A DNA stretch of 64,000 nucleotides from Hyaloraphidium curvatum SAG 235-1 (lineage: Eukaryota > Fungi > Monoblepharomycota), in contig JAIVFI010000012.1 in NCBI GenBank assembly GCA_025558095.1, positions 186,001 through 250,000 of the forward strand. The letters are read 5' to 3'. The stretch's first letter is position 1; every line of letters begins with the position of its first letter. Under the pieces are notes generated by a model, which saw only the letters and a list, made by a program, of their open reading frames with translations, was not told the DNA's origin and made no database searches. Shown piece after piece: positions 44,713 to 56,780 of this stretch. Position numbers and translations under genes: made by a program.

Positions 44713-45706
44713 ATGGCGCAGGTGGCCTCGCACGTCGACATCCCGCTGAACGATGCCCAAGGGCTCTTTGCCACGCTGCATCTGCGGGCCAACGCGCCCC
44801 CCCGCAATCCGGTTGCGATCCTCTTCGGCTGGACCGGCTCCTCCGCGCGGATGCTGGAAAAGTACGCGGCGGGCTACAGGGCGCGGGGATTCCACGTCAT
44901 GGCGGTGCCTTCGCGGTTCCACTTCGGCCTGACGTTCAGCGTCTACTCCCTGGACCGCCTGCGGAAGGAGATGGACGTCGTCGTCGACGCGCTGAAGGAG
45001 CACCTCCCCGGCGTCCTCGGGCCCGAATCGGGACAGCCCGAGCAGGTCGTCGTCCAGGTGTTCTCCAACGGGGGCTCACACTCGCTGTACCATTTCCTGT
45101 CGAACCTGGATCGGCGGCGCGAGGCGGGCGAGCAGGTCTCGCTGTCCAAGACCGTGCTGCTCGTCATGGATTCGTCGCCCAACCTGAAGGGCGAAGTCGA
45201 GCGGGCGCAGTTCTCCCTCAGCGCCATCCGCGGCTTTGCGCGTTTCCTGATGCCGAACTTGGGTTGGAAAGTGAGCCGCCTCGATCACGTCGCGGCCCGA
45301 TGGATGCTAACTGTCCTGCCAGCCGACGCCCACCAACGAAACCCTGGTCTTCATGATCGCCCTCGTCACATTCCCCGCGATGCTTCTCGCGCGGCCCTTC
45401 CTCCCCTTCGTGGCCCCGTCGCTCGCCGGCCACGACTTTTCGACCGAGGTCCGCGCCGCGCTCACCTCCCCCGAGTTCGACCGCGCCCTCCGCCTCTTCC
45501 TCTACGGCCCGGGCGACATCATGGTGCCGGCCGAGGGCATCCGGATCTTCAGGGACGACGAGATGGCGAGGCTGGGGAAGGACAGGATCTCGTTCAGGGA
45601 GTTCGAGGGTAGCGCCCACGTGCAGCACGGGATGAAGTGGCCGAAGGAGTACTGGGAGGCGGTGGACGGGGCACTGAACAAGGCAGGGATCAAGGCTAAA
45701 CTGTAG
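44713..45706 (+). CDS. TMEM53/DUF829-like alpha/beta hydrolase; C-terminal AKL (PTS1)
   Basis: LFGWTG, KYAAGY, VFSNGG, MDSSP, LFLYGPGDIMVP, FEGSAHVQH..YWEAV; one intron ~45271-45322. Confidence 0.85.
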
Positions 45707-45752
45707 ACAACAGCTAGATGACTCCAATGCGATGACAAAATCAGAAGTGCGA

Positions 45753-46926
45753 TCACCGTCCCATGACCTCCACGCGCTTGAACTCGGAATCGTCCTGCTT
45801 GACGATCTCGTGGTTGGGTTTGCCGTGCCTTTTGGCCCACGACCACGGGTCCGTGCCGAAGAACCGGTCGAGGTACGTGAAGAAGCTCTGGTAGCACACC
45901 CAGGTCTAAAGAAAGCGTGTCAAGGCATGCCGCAACCAAGCATGATGAACCCACGTCTTTGTGATGTTGATCATGATATCCGTTTCCCGCCGTAACCCAC
46001 TGCATCGGGTCCCACGGGTGGGCGAAGCCGCAGTGTGCGTGGGACGCCATATAGATATAGGTCACAATGAAAGCGATGAAGACGTGGACTGTTGGCGGGA
46101 AAGATCACGACATTGCTCAGGCCCAACGGAAGCGTGCTTACTGTTCATGCGGCAGGTCGCAGCCGTGAGGATGAGCGGCAGCCTGTCCACTGGAGGATTT
46201 TGGCGCGGTCAGTTTCGAACAAACAAGGGGCGCCCAGAAACGTACTCAGGAGAAGATCCACGAATGCCAAGTGGCCTCCGACGAACACGTTGACTACCTT
46301 GAATTCGTGGTGCTTCTTCTGCAAACGGGAAGGAAGTAAGCATTCCGACATCGATGGCATAGTTGCAAGACGCCCACGTGGATGGTCTTATACAGGTAAG
46401 GGAAGTAATGGAGAGTAGCGTGGATCCAGAAGAGGTACCTGTTCCAAAAGGAGGTCAACGACGCTGCAAAGGGGCCACTTTGCATAGGAGAGTACCAATC
46501 CCAGACGAGCACAGCCCCGGCAAGCTCGAACGCCAACCCGAGGGCACCCCGCTTCGGCAGCGCCGCTTTCGTTATGTCCATGCGGTCGGCCCCGTTGAGC
46601 TTGCCAATGATCCACAGCGTCCCGGCGATGAAGAGCGGGGAAATCGTGAAGCGCGCCTTGGAGGCCTCTTGCTTCTTCTCCGCCACGAACTCGTCGGGCA
46701 CCCGCTTGCCCTTCTGGATCCGGTACTCTTCCCAGACCTTAGCGTGGTCGATGTAGTCCCAGAATCGGGCCGTTCCCTCGCCGACCACAACGGCGATGCT
46801 CCAAATCATGAACACCGACGTCCAGAAGGGGCCAATGTAGGAGGCGAGGGTGCTCGTAAAGGCCAGGTAGTAAGAAGGCCATTGAGCGGTCGCAAAGGTG
46901 ACGGCAAGTGCCGGGATGCCGAGCAT
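45753..46926 (-). CDS. Fatty acid hydroxylase/sterol desaturase superfamily (Erg25/Erg3-like)
   Basis: His boxes WIHATLH, IH-KKHHEF, AHCG, YHDQHHK; YLDRFFGT; YRIQKGK. Confidence 0.85.
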
Positions 46927-47340
46927 TTCTGTTGGGAGGGCACGCAATGTGAGCGAGAGTCCGAGGATGGGAGACAGGCCGCGACGCCCTGGCTGCTCTC
47001 GGCGTCGCCGTCGCCGCGCAATGAATGCGGGAAGATACTCGCCTGCGTGCGACCGAGCGTGTGGACAGCGGGAACTGGGCAGGCGAGCGTTCGGCGACTC
47101 CTCTTCGCCACAGTTCTGAGGAAGGTGGCGAAAGGCAGGGTCTCGCAGACCAACAAGGAGCTCGCGATCGGAAGCGCAACCAAACGGAGCGCGACGATTG
47201 AATCATCAGCACAGATATGTACAAGTAAGCAAGACCAACTACAGGGAGCGTCGCATCCCTTCCTTCGCGCCAATCACCCAAACTCCTCGCGGCTCCAGAT
47301 CTGTCCGGTCGCCAAGCCGCCAGGCGCATGCGGTACCAGC

Positions 47341-49466
47341 TCATTCCGTCTCCTTGTCCTCGACGAGGTGTACCCGGAAGTGGATTCCACCGCGAAGAGC
47401 AAGGGTGAGCTGCTGGTCGTACCTCCCGAGACGCTTCGCCGGGTCCTCGTTCCACACGGCCCACTTCTCGGGCGAGTTCTCGTCCACGAGTTCGAGGTGG
47501 AAAGAAGAGAGAATGGCCGCCAAGATGACCTGCGCCTCTTGCGTAGCCACTGATTGGGAGATCGTCAGCATCCGTGAGCATCGACAGCATCCGCATAAAA
47601 CCCACTGTTCATGCCGAGGCAGATCCGAGGGCCGGCGCTGCAGAGGGGCAACATATCAGCAACAGACCAGCACCGGTCACCCAAGACGGGCTCACTTGAA
47701 GGCGGGCCACTTGAAGTTCGACTCCTTGACGAGATCGCCCTGCGCCGAGAACCACCTTTCCGGCTTGAACACCTCAGCATCGGGGCCCCAGATCTTCTCC
47801 AGCCGGCCCATGATCCAAGGGAAGAACATGAGCGCGTCGCCCTTGTAGACCTTGGTTCCGGTTCCGGGAAGCACGTCGTCGCGCGAGGCCTCCTTCACGT
47901 TGGCGGGCACGTTCGGGTGCAGCCGCAGGACCTCGTTGAACACGGCCGTCGTGTACTTGAGCTTGGACATGTCGTCGTAGCCCGGCAGCACAACAGGCGG
48001 AGACGCGGGGTCCTTCTGCTCCGATCGGGCCAGCTTGCCCATGAGCTCGTCGCGCGTCTTCTTCTCAACCTCGGGGTGCGAGTGGAGGTTGTAGAAGACC
48101 CAGCAGAGCGTCTGAGCGGTGGTGTCGCGGCCGGCTGGGAAGAATTGCGTGTAAGGCAGGCAGCAGATCCACGAAGAGCGCACACGACCCACCGAGAAGG
48201 AAGTTGATCGCGACGTCCTTGAGCTGCGCGTCCGTGAGCTCCGAGCCGTCCTCGTTCTTCGTCGCCATGAAGAGGTCGAGGAGATCCCGCATCTTGTAGT
48301 CCTTCTCCCCGTCCGCCGACGATCCCGCCTCGCCCGCCTTTACCAGGCGCCTGCGCTTCTGGGCAATGACATCGTAGGCGAAGGACTCGATCGTGTTCTG
48401 CCACTTCCGGACCTCCTTCTCCCGACCATTGAACTTTTCCTCGATGTTCCAGATCGGCGAGAAGGAGCGGCTGGTGACTACCCGGTTGAGGCTGTCGAAA
48501 GCCTCGGCGAACTCGACTGCGCATCGGGCGAACTTAGCCTAGGCCATCTCGAATGCGCCATCGAAACTCACTCCTCGGCAGAACATAGGTGCCCGTCTTC
48601 TCATCCTTCTTCGCCGCGCCGTCCAGGTTGCCGAGCTCCACGCCGAAAGCGATCCGCACGAAGGACTCCATCGTCGACCGCAGGAGGAGGTCCTGCAGGT
48701 CGATCCGGGCGCCCATGTCGTGCGCGGCGCGGAGGTGGCGCCGGACCTTGAGGGCGTCGGCCTGGAACACGGGGCCGTAGTAGTCGCGGAAGTTGCCTGG
48801 ATCGCGAACCGCGGCGTCAGGTCCGGCGGGCGAACAGTGAGCCGGCGAGGGACCCACGGCCGTTGAAGATTGAGGATGCCGTCTTTCGCTGCACGGACCA
48901 TGCGTGGCCATCAACTGCAAAGATCCCGTCGCCGAGCAGCGGCTTGCCGAGGATGTAGTTGTCGTGGCCCTTGACGTAGGTGTAAGGGTCGCGAAGGACG
49001 TGCTCCACGTCCTTGACGTTGGTGATGGTGATGCTCTCGTTGACGACCTTCCCGTTGAAGGTCAGGAAGGGCGGGATCGGGAACCCGATGCCCATGCGGA
49101 AGACGTCGCCGTATTTGCGCGTGAGCTCGAGCTGCGACTCGATGAAGTAGTTCTGGGTGTCCGTGAAGAGGGGCAGGTGGCCGAGCACGGGCACGACGCC
49201 CTCCTTGACCAGAGGGGCGTCGGGCCTCTCCTTGTCGCTCCGCGTGAACATGGCGCGGTCGGGGTAGGCGAAGTAGAGGTCTAGGAGACAGGCGGCGGCA
49301 TGAGCCCGTGCTCGACAGAGAGAGCGCAAGGGAGCTCACAGAGGACAAAGAGGGTTCCAATCAAGGCTGCCGTCAAGCTGAAGATGAGGCTGTATGTGAA
49401 AATGGCCTGGACGAGGCCCATGTGCGAAGGGACGAGGGCGCCGAGGGCGCCGAAGAGGGAGGACAT
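47341..49466 (-). CDS. Cytochrome P450 (CYP86/94/704-like fatty-acid omega-hydroxylase type), multi-exon
   Basis: LLGDGIFAVDG..W..QRKTAS..F, AGRDTTAQTL-W, EVLRLHPNVP, IWGPDAEVFKPERW, F-AGPRICLG. Confidence 0.93.
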
Positions 49467-49720
49467 CGTTGCGGGCAGGCTCGGCGCTCAGATTCCTCCA
49501 ACGAAATGAAGTAGCGGCGGACCGGAGACCGGCGCGGTCCCGCTGATATCTTGGGGGTTCCGTGGAAGCGGAACGGAGGCGCCGGCAGAACCAAGCGAAG
49601 GGACCGCGGGCGGTGTGGCCAATGCTCATGGCGCTAACGCGATCGTCCGCACTTCACTGCGCCCGCTTCTCTTTCAAATTCGAGGAAGGTACTTCCAGAA
49701 TATGCGATTCGAAAGGCCCA

Positions 49721-51110
49721 TCAACGCGATCCGCCTCCTCCGAACCGCTCCTCGGCCAAACGCTTCAGCATTTCCATGTTCGCGCGATCCTTGTCCTTCA
49801 TCGCCTGGAACCGGTCCTGGTTGAGCTCGGCTTTCCGCTGGGACTCCTTTTCGCGGAACTGCTCTTTCCGCGCCATCGCCGCGTTGCGGGCGGCCAACCT
49901 GGAGGGTGGGGAGGCGTCAAAAGCTGCCTTCCGGACAAGCACTGGATTGATCGTCCCTACCTCGACTTGAAATCGTCCCCTCCGCCCATCAAATCCCCCT
50001 CACCCAGCTCCATGTCGTAGTCCCTCTCCTCCCCGGACCTCCTCCACGCGTTTTCCGCCTTGCGCTTCGCGATCGCCGCGTCCCGCCCCGTCTCCCGCGG
50101 CGCCAGCTCGTCCAGCGCCTCCTCCCTGTCCTTGCGCTCGGCCTTCCTCGCCACCTTTGCCCGCGCGGCGAGGGCGCGCTCGTCGTCCGAGTCGTCGCCG
50201 GCCGGAGAGGGGCCGGGGCCCGGCATGGCGGCGGGACCCATGACCCGCCGGGGACCGGCTGCCGTGCCGGCGGAGGCCGAGGAGGTGCCCAAGCCGCCGA
50301 TGCCCTCGGTGCTGCGCTCGACGTCACCACGGGCCCGCGAGACCTCGTCCGCGGCCACGTTTTTGAAGGACCATTGGTGGGAAGTCCGCACGTGGGGCAC
50401 GGAGGAGGGCGCGATGCCCTTGTAGAACTTTGAGGAGAGGGAGAAGGAGTTCCACTTGTCGACGAACTGCAAATCGGCGTGTCAGACGACATCCTGGGTG
50501 TGACAGCAAGAGGAAAGTCCACCTTCTTGAAGTAGCGCCTGGCCTCCTTGGTATCGAGCTCCTCCGCGTGCAGCTTCTTCTTCTCCTTCAGCCACAGCGC
50601 AAACTCGGTCGCTTTGGCGTAGTAGTCCGCCTCGGAGATCTGCGGTATCAGGGCGCGAGCCTGCTTCGTGGCCTCATCCGTCTCCGAGCCAGACGACGAA
50701 GACGCGTCCTTCTTGGACTTCCTCCGCTTCTCCGACTTGCGGTCGTCGCGGTCCCTGTCCTTCGAGTCCCGCTCCCGGCCGGGGTCCTTGTCGCGACGCG
50801 ACTTCTCCTTCCGCCTGTCGCGGTCGTCGTCGCTCCGGTCGCCCCGCCGGTCCTCGCGCCGCTCCGCTTCCCGCCGCCCATCTCTCCGGTCATCGCGGCG
50901 GTCATCTCGCCGGTCGTCGCGCCGGTCGTCCCTCCGCTCGTCGCGCCGGCGGTCGGCGTCCCCGTCGCGGCTGTCCCGCCGCTCGCGGTCGCGGCTGTCC
51001 CTCCGCCGCTCGCCGCGGTCGCGCGAGTCCCGCCGGCGCTCGCCCGGAGAGCGGTCGCGCCCGTCACCGCGTTCGCGCGACCGCTCCCGGGGACGCTCGC
51101 GGGAAGTCAT
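49721..51110 (-). CDS. RD/RE-rich nuclear protein (SCI1-like/splicing-factor-like)
   Basis: RD/RRDD repeats, then ISEADYYAKATEFALWLKE..ARRYFKK-FVDKWN..KFY, and LDELAPRETGRDA. Confidence 0.75.
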
Positions 51111-51181
51111 GAATGTTGAGGTGAACGCTCACCCCACTTCGTCTCCGTCTCGACGAAGAGATCACTCCGAATCAGATCCGT

Positions 51182-52304
51182 CTACAGCTTTGACTTGCCC
51201 TCGATCTCTTCCTTCGTCCACGGCCGCACCCTCCCGTCCGCCCCCACGCGCCCGAGCTTGAAGTTGGGGGCGTTGAACTCGGGCTTGATGTCCACAGACT
51301 CGTCCCACCACGGGAAGTTGCGCTTCCCGCCGAAGTTCTCGATGTCGTTGATGGAGCTCGTGAAGTTGGGCGGCCTCTTCTCGAAGAAGGACTGCGGGAT
51401 GGGATCGAGACTCAGAGATCGGGCGTGACAGCCGAAATGGCTTCGAGGCCACGCACCTTGACGCCCTCCTTCGAGTCGTTGCCCCTACCCGTGATGTACA
51501 TCAGCTTGGAATCCAGCAGCCATGTCTCCTCAGGGGTCGGGTACCCGTGCCAGACCATCGACTTGACCAAGGCAGCCGACACGGTCGAAGCGTGCGTCGC
51601 GATCTCGCGTGCCAGCTCCATGGCCGCGGGCAGCACGTCCGAGGCCTTGGGCAGGATCTGGTAGAACAGCTCGTTCATCGGGGGCTCCTTGGCGAGGTAG
51701 ACGCGCCCCGTGAGGAGCAGGCCGAGGGCTTTCGAGTGGCCGATCAGCCGCGGAAGGAAGAAGGTGCAGCCGCATTCGGGAACCACGCCGCGACGGACAA
51801 AGACGAAGCCGTGCTTGTTGTCCGCGGCCGTGATCCGGAAGTCCTGCGGCATCGTCATGGACATCCCGCTGGAAGCGTCGCGTCAGGCCGTGTCCCAACC
51901 ACGGATGCGGCGTGCCAAGGCAGGCCTCACATTCCAACCGCCGCCCCGTTGAAAGCCGCGATCGTGACCTTCTTGCACCGGTAAATCGTCATGGTCATGG
52001 TGCCGCCCAAATCCCGGATCCGGTCCTCCTCCAAACCTTCCGCGTCCCCCGTGCCGCTCCCCATCTCGAACCCGCCCTGGCTGAGGTCCGCGCCCCCGCA
52101 GAACGCCTTGCCGGCCGGGTCCCCGGTCATCACGATGACCTTGACCCTGTCGTCCCGCTCGAGCTTCGTGTACGCGTCCACGACCTCCCTCGACATCTCC
52201 CAGGTGAACGCGTTCATGTTCTTGGGACGCGACAGGGTGACCACGGCTACGTGGCCGTCTTCCACCGAGACGCGGATGGTGTTGTACGGGCCGTACTGGG
52301 CCAT
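51182..52304 (-). CDS. Enoyl-CoA hydratase/isomerase (crotonase family); C-terminal SKL (PTS1)
   Basis: TLSRPKNMNAF, AFCGGADL, IAAFNGAAVG, FVRRGVVPE, EGV-SFFEKRPPNF, PWW; ends GKSKL-stop. Confidence 0.92.
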
Positions 52305-53056
52305 TTTGGGAGGAGGGCGAATGGGCGACTCCGGGCGCAGGGCGGCGAACTGGAGCGCGAAAACCGGCGCAGCAGATGACGATGCAAGTCCCAATGAAGC
52401 AACAGGAGGCACAGCGGGTACAGGCTGCGCGCTTTCGGGGTTCGGAAATTGGTTTCCGGACCGTCTTTTTCGCCGCTCTCAGAGACCGTGCACGCTGCCT
52501 TCGCTGCCTAGAACCGAAGAATATGCTCGGGCACTTGAAGAGGAACGATTGGATGGCAGGATCAGTTCGGACGGGACGCGGAAGTCGGATTCGGTCCGGC
52601 GAAGCGATTCCGTGCCGGGAGACGGTACGGATTCCCGCTCTGGACGGCCGTGACGAGGAAAGACGTTGCGAATTTGACGGCAGACCAGCCGGAAAGATTT
52701 GACGCGTCGTGGACGTAGCCGGTGGATGTCGGTCGAGGCTCGGCGTTTCGCGATGTATGGGGCATCTGCCCGGTCCTCGACTGCTTCTTCTGTCGCCTGT
52801 GCGCGTCGAGCGAGTTCTTTTCCCGCACGATGGCTCCTGCGACGTTCCCGCGGGTTCCATTTTGGCTGTGCGAGGGGTGTCACGTGATCTTCCCCCACGT
52901 GGTGCCGCGCTCGTGCTACCGTCGGAGTTCGGACATCTCGCGTCACCGTCGGCTACAAAAGCGGCCATCGGCCCCGGTGTCACCGGCCATCACCATCTGC
53001 TCTGCATCCTTCGTCGGTTGCCGTCGGATACGCAGCCCGTCGCCAAGCAGAGCACG

Positions 53057-54784
53057 ATGAAGCGTTTCGTTCTTCTTCTGGCCCTCGGGCTGGTCGCGCT
53101 CCTCGCCGTCGCCCGCGCCGCGCCGATCTCGGATGACCTCGCCGGGCCCGGCGAGGAGCAACAAGGCCTCTTTGCGCGCGGCCACCGCGGCTACAAGACC
53201 GTCACCTCGGTGGGACAGCGCGACGGGACGGCCCTCGCCGGCCATGCTGACCACCCCGATCGTGCCAGGTTTCGACGACCACTCGTGTCACGACGAAGAT
53301 CTCGACCTCGACCTCGACGGCTAAGAGCACCAAGACCAAGGTGGGAGGCGATCTTGGAGTGCGGTTTCGCGGGGCGTGCTGACCTGACGTCCGCCCTGCT
53401 TCACCCCTCCCAGACCCAGTTTGTGACCATACCTACCATGGTCGTGAGCTCTCGCACTCGTACCAACTTCGTCAGCGTGCCCACGACTCTGAAGGAGACC
53501 AAGGTGCGCTTCTGCGCCGCCTTGGAGATCATTGCTGATCCGGTCGCGCTCCTTAGACTCGGACGAGCTTCGTCACGGTGCCCGTCCCCACCACTGTCAT
53601 CAGCTCGCGTATCAGTACCATTGTCAGCTCCCGCACGAGCTTCGTCACCCTGGCCACCACGCAGAAGGAGACCGAGACCAAGGTGTGTTTGCTCTGGGCC
53701 GCCTCGGCCGTCATTGCTGATTCGGTCGCTCTCTAAGACGATTCGGACCACCGACACCCTGGTTGTGCCGACGGTGAGTCACGTTTCATTGGCGTGAACA
53801 ATGGCTTGACTTGCTCGATCTGGTAGACGATCCTGGACCCGCAGACTACGATCCAGCTGATCAGCACTACCGAGACCCTCCTTGTGCCGACCGTGAGCTG
53901 CGCGGCTTGCTTGATCGGGGGCCGCGCTGACCTTCCTTTTCGCCGCAGACGGAGGTGCTCAGCACGACCATAATCGCCCCTACGACAGTTACGGACACCC
54001 TGCGCACGACCGAGACGCTCCTTGTGCCGACCGTAAGCGATTGCGTTGCTCAGCTATGGCGCCGTTGACCCCCGGATCCTGGCAGACTATCCTGGACCCG
54101 CAGACTACGACCCAGCTGATCAGCACCACCGAAACCCTCCTTTTGCCGACCGTGAGCTGCGCGGCTTGCTTGATCGGGGGCCGCGCTGACCTTCCTTTTC
54201 GCCGCAGACGGAGGTGCTCAGCACGACCATAATCGCCCCTACGACAGTTACGGACACCCTGCGCACGACCGAGACGCTCCTTGTGCCGACCGTAAGCGAT
54301 TGCGTTGCTCAGCTATGGCGCCGTTGACCCCCGGATCCTGGCAGACTATCCTGGACCCGCAGACTACGACCCAGCTGATCAGCACCACCGAAACCCTCCT
54401 TTTGCCGACCGTGAGCTGCGCGGCTTGCTTGATCGGGGGCCGCGCTGACCTTCCTTTTCGCCGCAGACGGAGGTGCTCAGCACGACCATAATCGCCCCTA
54501 CGACAGTTACGGACACCCTGCGCACGACCGAGACGCTCCTTGTGCCCACTGTGGGCTGCGGTGGCTTGCTTGATCGGGGGCCGCGCTGACGTGCCTTTTC
54601 GCCGCAGACCGAAGTGCTGAGCACCACCATTATCGCGGCGACGACAATTACAGACATCCTGCGGACCACAAGCACCTTGACCCTGGCTACAACGCGAATC
54701 TCGACCACAACGCGGATCACGACCTCCACCTCCACCAAGACCGTAACCAAAAACGACCGCCGCCGCGCGCGGCGCAACTTTTGA
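53057..54784 (+). CDS. Secreted Thr-rich (mucin/adhesin-like) protein encoded by 12 exons separated by 11 phase-0 introns
   Basis: Signal peptide MKRFVLLLALGLVALLAVARA; short exons such as TIRTTDTLVVPT, TILDPQTTxQLISTTETLLxPT (x3) and TEVLSTTIIAPTTVTDTLRTTETLLVPT (x3), each bounded by YAG/AAG and GT; basic tail NDRRRARRNF-stop. Confidence 0.85.
53825..54660 (+). repeat. 259-bp tandem repeat (~3.2 units), each unit two exons plus two introns
   Basis: Identical ORF-track peptides at 54041 and 54300 (offset 259); AGAC(G/T)ATCCTGGACCCGCAG at 53825, 54084 and 54343. Confidence 0.95.
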
Positions 54785-55042
54785 GGCTGGCTGGCGGAAT
54801 GGGATCATCTAGCGTTCTCAATACAAGGATTCTCGTCTCTCGTCTCGCGGTCCGCGGCCGATCCCATCCGATCCGTCTCAATACGTTTCTGTTACGCCAA
54901 TTGAGTTGGTTTTTTAGTTCGTTGACGTCAGAATCGAACGTCTTAGCAGGACTTGGGACAGTTTGTCTCACAGGCCACGTCAAGTCGTGTGTTGCGATGT
55001 GGGCAGGGCGAACAATTCTCCAATTCTGCATTCCCGGTTTTG

Positions 55043-55800
55043 ACGTCTGACGGATCTAATGCGCGTGAACGTCTACAATACATTAGGCCGCATCGGCGGC
55101 CGCCGGAAATCGGTATCCTTTCTCCCTAAAAGGTATACACGGCCGCGTTGTTTTTCATGCAGGCCACCGGAAGGCGTTGGCGGGCACGGCACGTAAAGAG
55201 TGCGCGCAGGCCATCGATATCGTCCTCGTTGGCGTGCTTGATGTGCGCGATCTTCTTGATGAGGCGTTCTGCATCCTCGTTGAATGCTCCGTAGCTCTCC
55301 ATGATGGCAGGAACGGCGCGTGGGTCCGACCAGAGTGAGTTGCCATCCATCCTGGAACTTCATCACCTTCCGGTGTCGGGCTTCCCAGGCGGCGTGGAGC
55401 GGCATTGTGCGGCACTCGAGGATCGACCCTTTTGGGTGCGTGATGGAGACGTCGACGAAGAGGGGCTTGTTGGTGAGGGAGTTGGCGATCAGGAGGTCTG
55501 CGCGGTTCTGCGCCGCCGAAGAAGGGCTGCCAGCGGGTCCAGAAGCGCGTGGGGTTGCAGGTGGTGCGTTCTGGGCCCGCCGGGGGATACCTTCCGAGGC
55601 GAGGATGGGCTCGAGCTTGGTGAACAGCGCGGCACGGGGCGGTTCCTCGACCAAGGCCTTGAGACCATCGCGGCAGCGGTTGTGGCGGCCGTGACCGCTA
55701 CCGATCCGGAGCCACTCGCCGGAGGTGCAAGAAAGCGCGTGGGCGAACACCATTCCCGTTTTTTGGCAGTGGTGGAAGTTTGGGCGTCATATTGTTCATG
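55043..55800 (-). mobile_element. 3' end of an RLE-type non-LTR retrotransposon (zinc knuckle + restriction-like endonuclease + 3' tail), frameshifted
   Basis: HALSC..RHNRCRD, RADLLI..LFVDVSITHP, EARHRKVMK, PAIMESYGAFNEDAERLIKKIA, RQRLPVACMKNNA; stop at 55126; reduced GC. Confidence 0.85.
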
Positions 55801-56256
55801 AAATGGACTGCAGGAGCTTCGGAGCTCAATAACCGTGATATCCTGGTCTGCGGGCACCGGAGTGCAGTGAAAGCGGGGGAGCGTGTCCTCGGGGCGCGAG
55901 CCCGGAGCGCGGCGCCCGAGCACTATGTCAGAGTCCAATGTCTGAGCGTCTCGTCTTTCGAGGAGTCCGAGCACGTCGCGATGAGCGGCTGAACGGGAGC
56001 GGAAGCTGCTGAAGGCGAACATAAAACGATTCATGAAGTCGAAGCAGGTTGCCGACTGCCCGCGCGCGAAGAAAACAACGCGCCCCAAAGCGAGCAGTGC
56101 CGCGTTGCTCGAGGTCATCGCATTACCTCCTGAGCCCGTAGACCCAGTAGTGGGAGGTCTGCCAACTCCCAGCCGAAGCCGACGCCTTGCGGTCTCTTGG
56201 CGGCGGCGGCTGAAGTCAGAAAAGTAGATACATGATCGAGTCTAGTTATTAACCTT

Positions 56257-56351
56257 GCGGCCATCTATACAGTTCTGAAGGGAGAAAGGATACCAATTCC
56301 GTCGGCCGCCCAATGTACTGTAGACGTTCACGCGCATTAGATCCGTCAGAC
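56257..56351 (+). repeat. Second copy of the retroelement 3' tail (inverted relative to 55043-55145)
   Basis: GGGAGAAAGGATACC..GGCCGCC..TGTAGACGTTCACGCGCATTAGATCCGTCAGAC. Confidence 0.9.
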
Positions 56352-56780
56352 CTGATTAACCTTGCCGTCATCCTGACTCCGCACAGTCAGGCCATTATGT
56401 GCATGCTTAGTTACCTCATCTCGAACCTCCTCATCAAGATTAGTATCTACGTAACGAGATGGAATACTGTCAGGCACGGAGGACTGAAAACGCGTTTCAA
56501 GGGGCTTCAAAAGCGGCACAACACTTAAGAGTTGCGTCGTGTGGGTCCTTTGCTCCGTCTTTATCTTGAGGCACACAGAATGGACCACGTTCGTGTCGTA
56601 GCCGTCGCTGCAGTCGCATTTGCGATGGTTGCTTCTAGCTCAATAACGGTGTCTTCCAAGTTGCGAATTCGTTGCCGAAAGTCTCGGACTTCAGTCTGGT
56701 TCTTCCGCCCATCTAATCGTCCGGGCAATCCCCCGACCATCGCACATCGCCGACGCCACGTCTCGGCTGGGCTGTGCACG

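Noticed and set aside
50760-51100. Repetitive CGG/TCG-rich tract
   Set aside because: Explained by RD/RE low-complexity coding sequence.
53825-54660. CRISPR-like repeat/spacer appearance
   Set aside because: Units are 259-bp exon-intron duplications with identical rather than unique spacers; eukaryotic context and no cas genes.
55043-56351. DNA transposon with TIRs
   Set aside because: The inverted repeat overlaps the RLE stop region and no DDE transposase or TSD is visible; kept only as a retro-tail observation.
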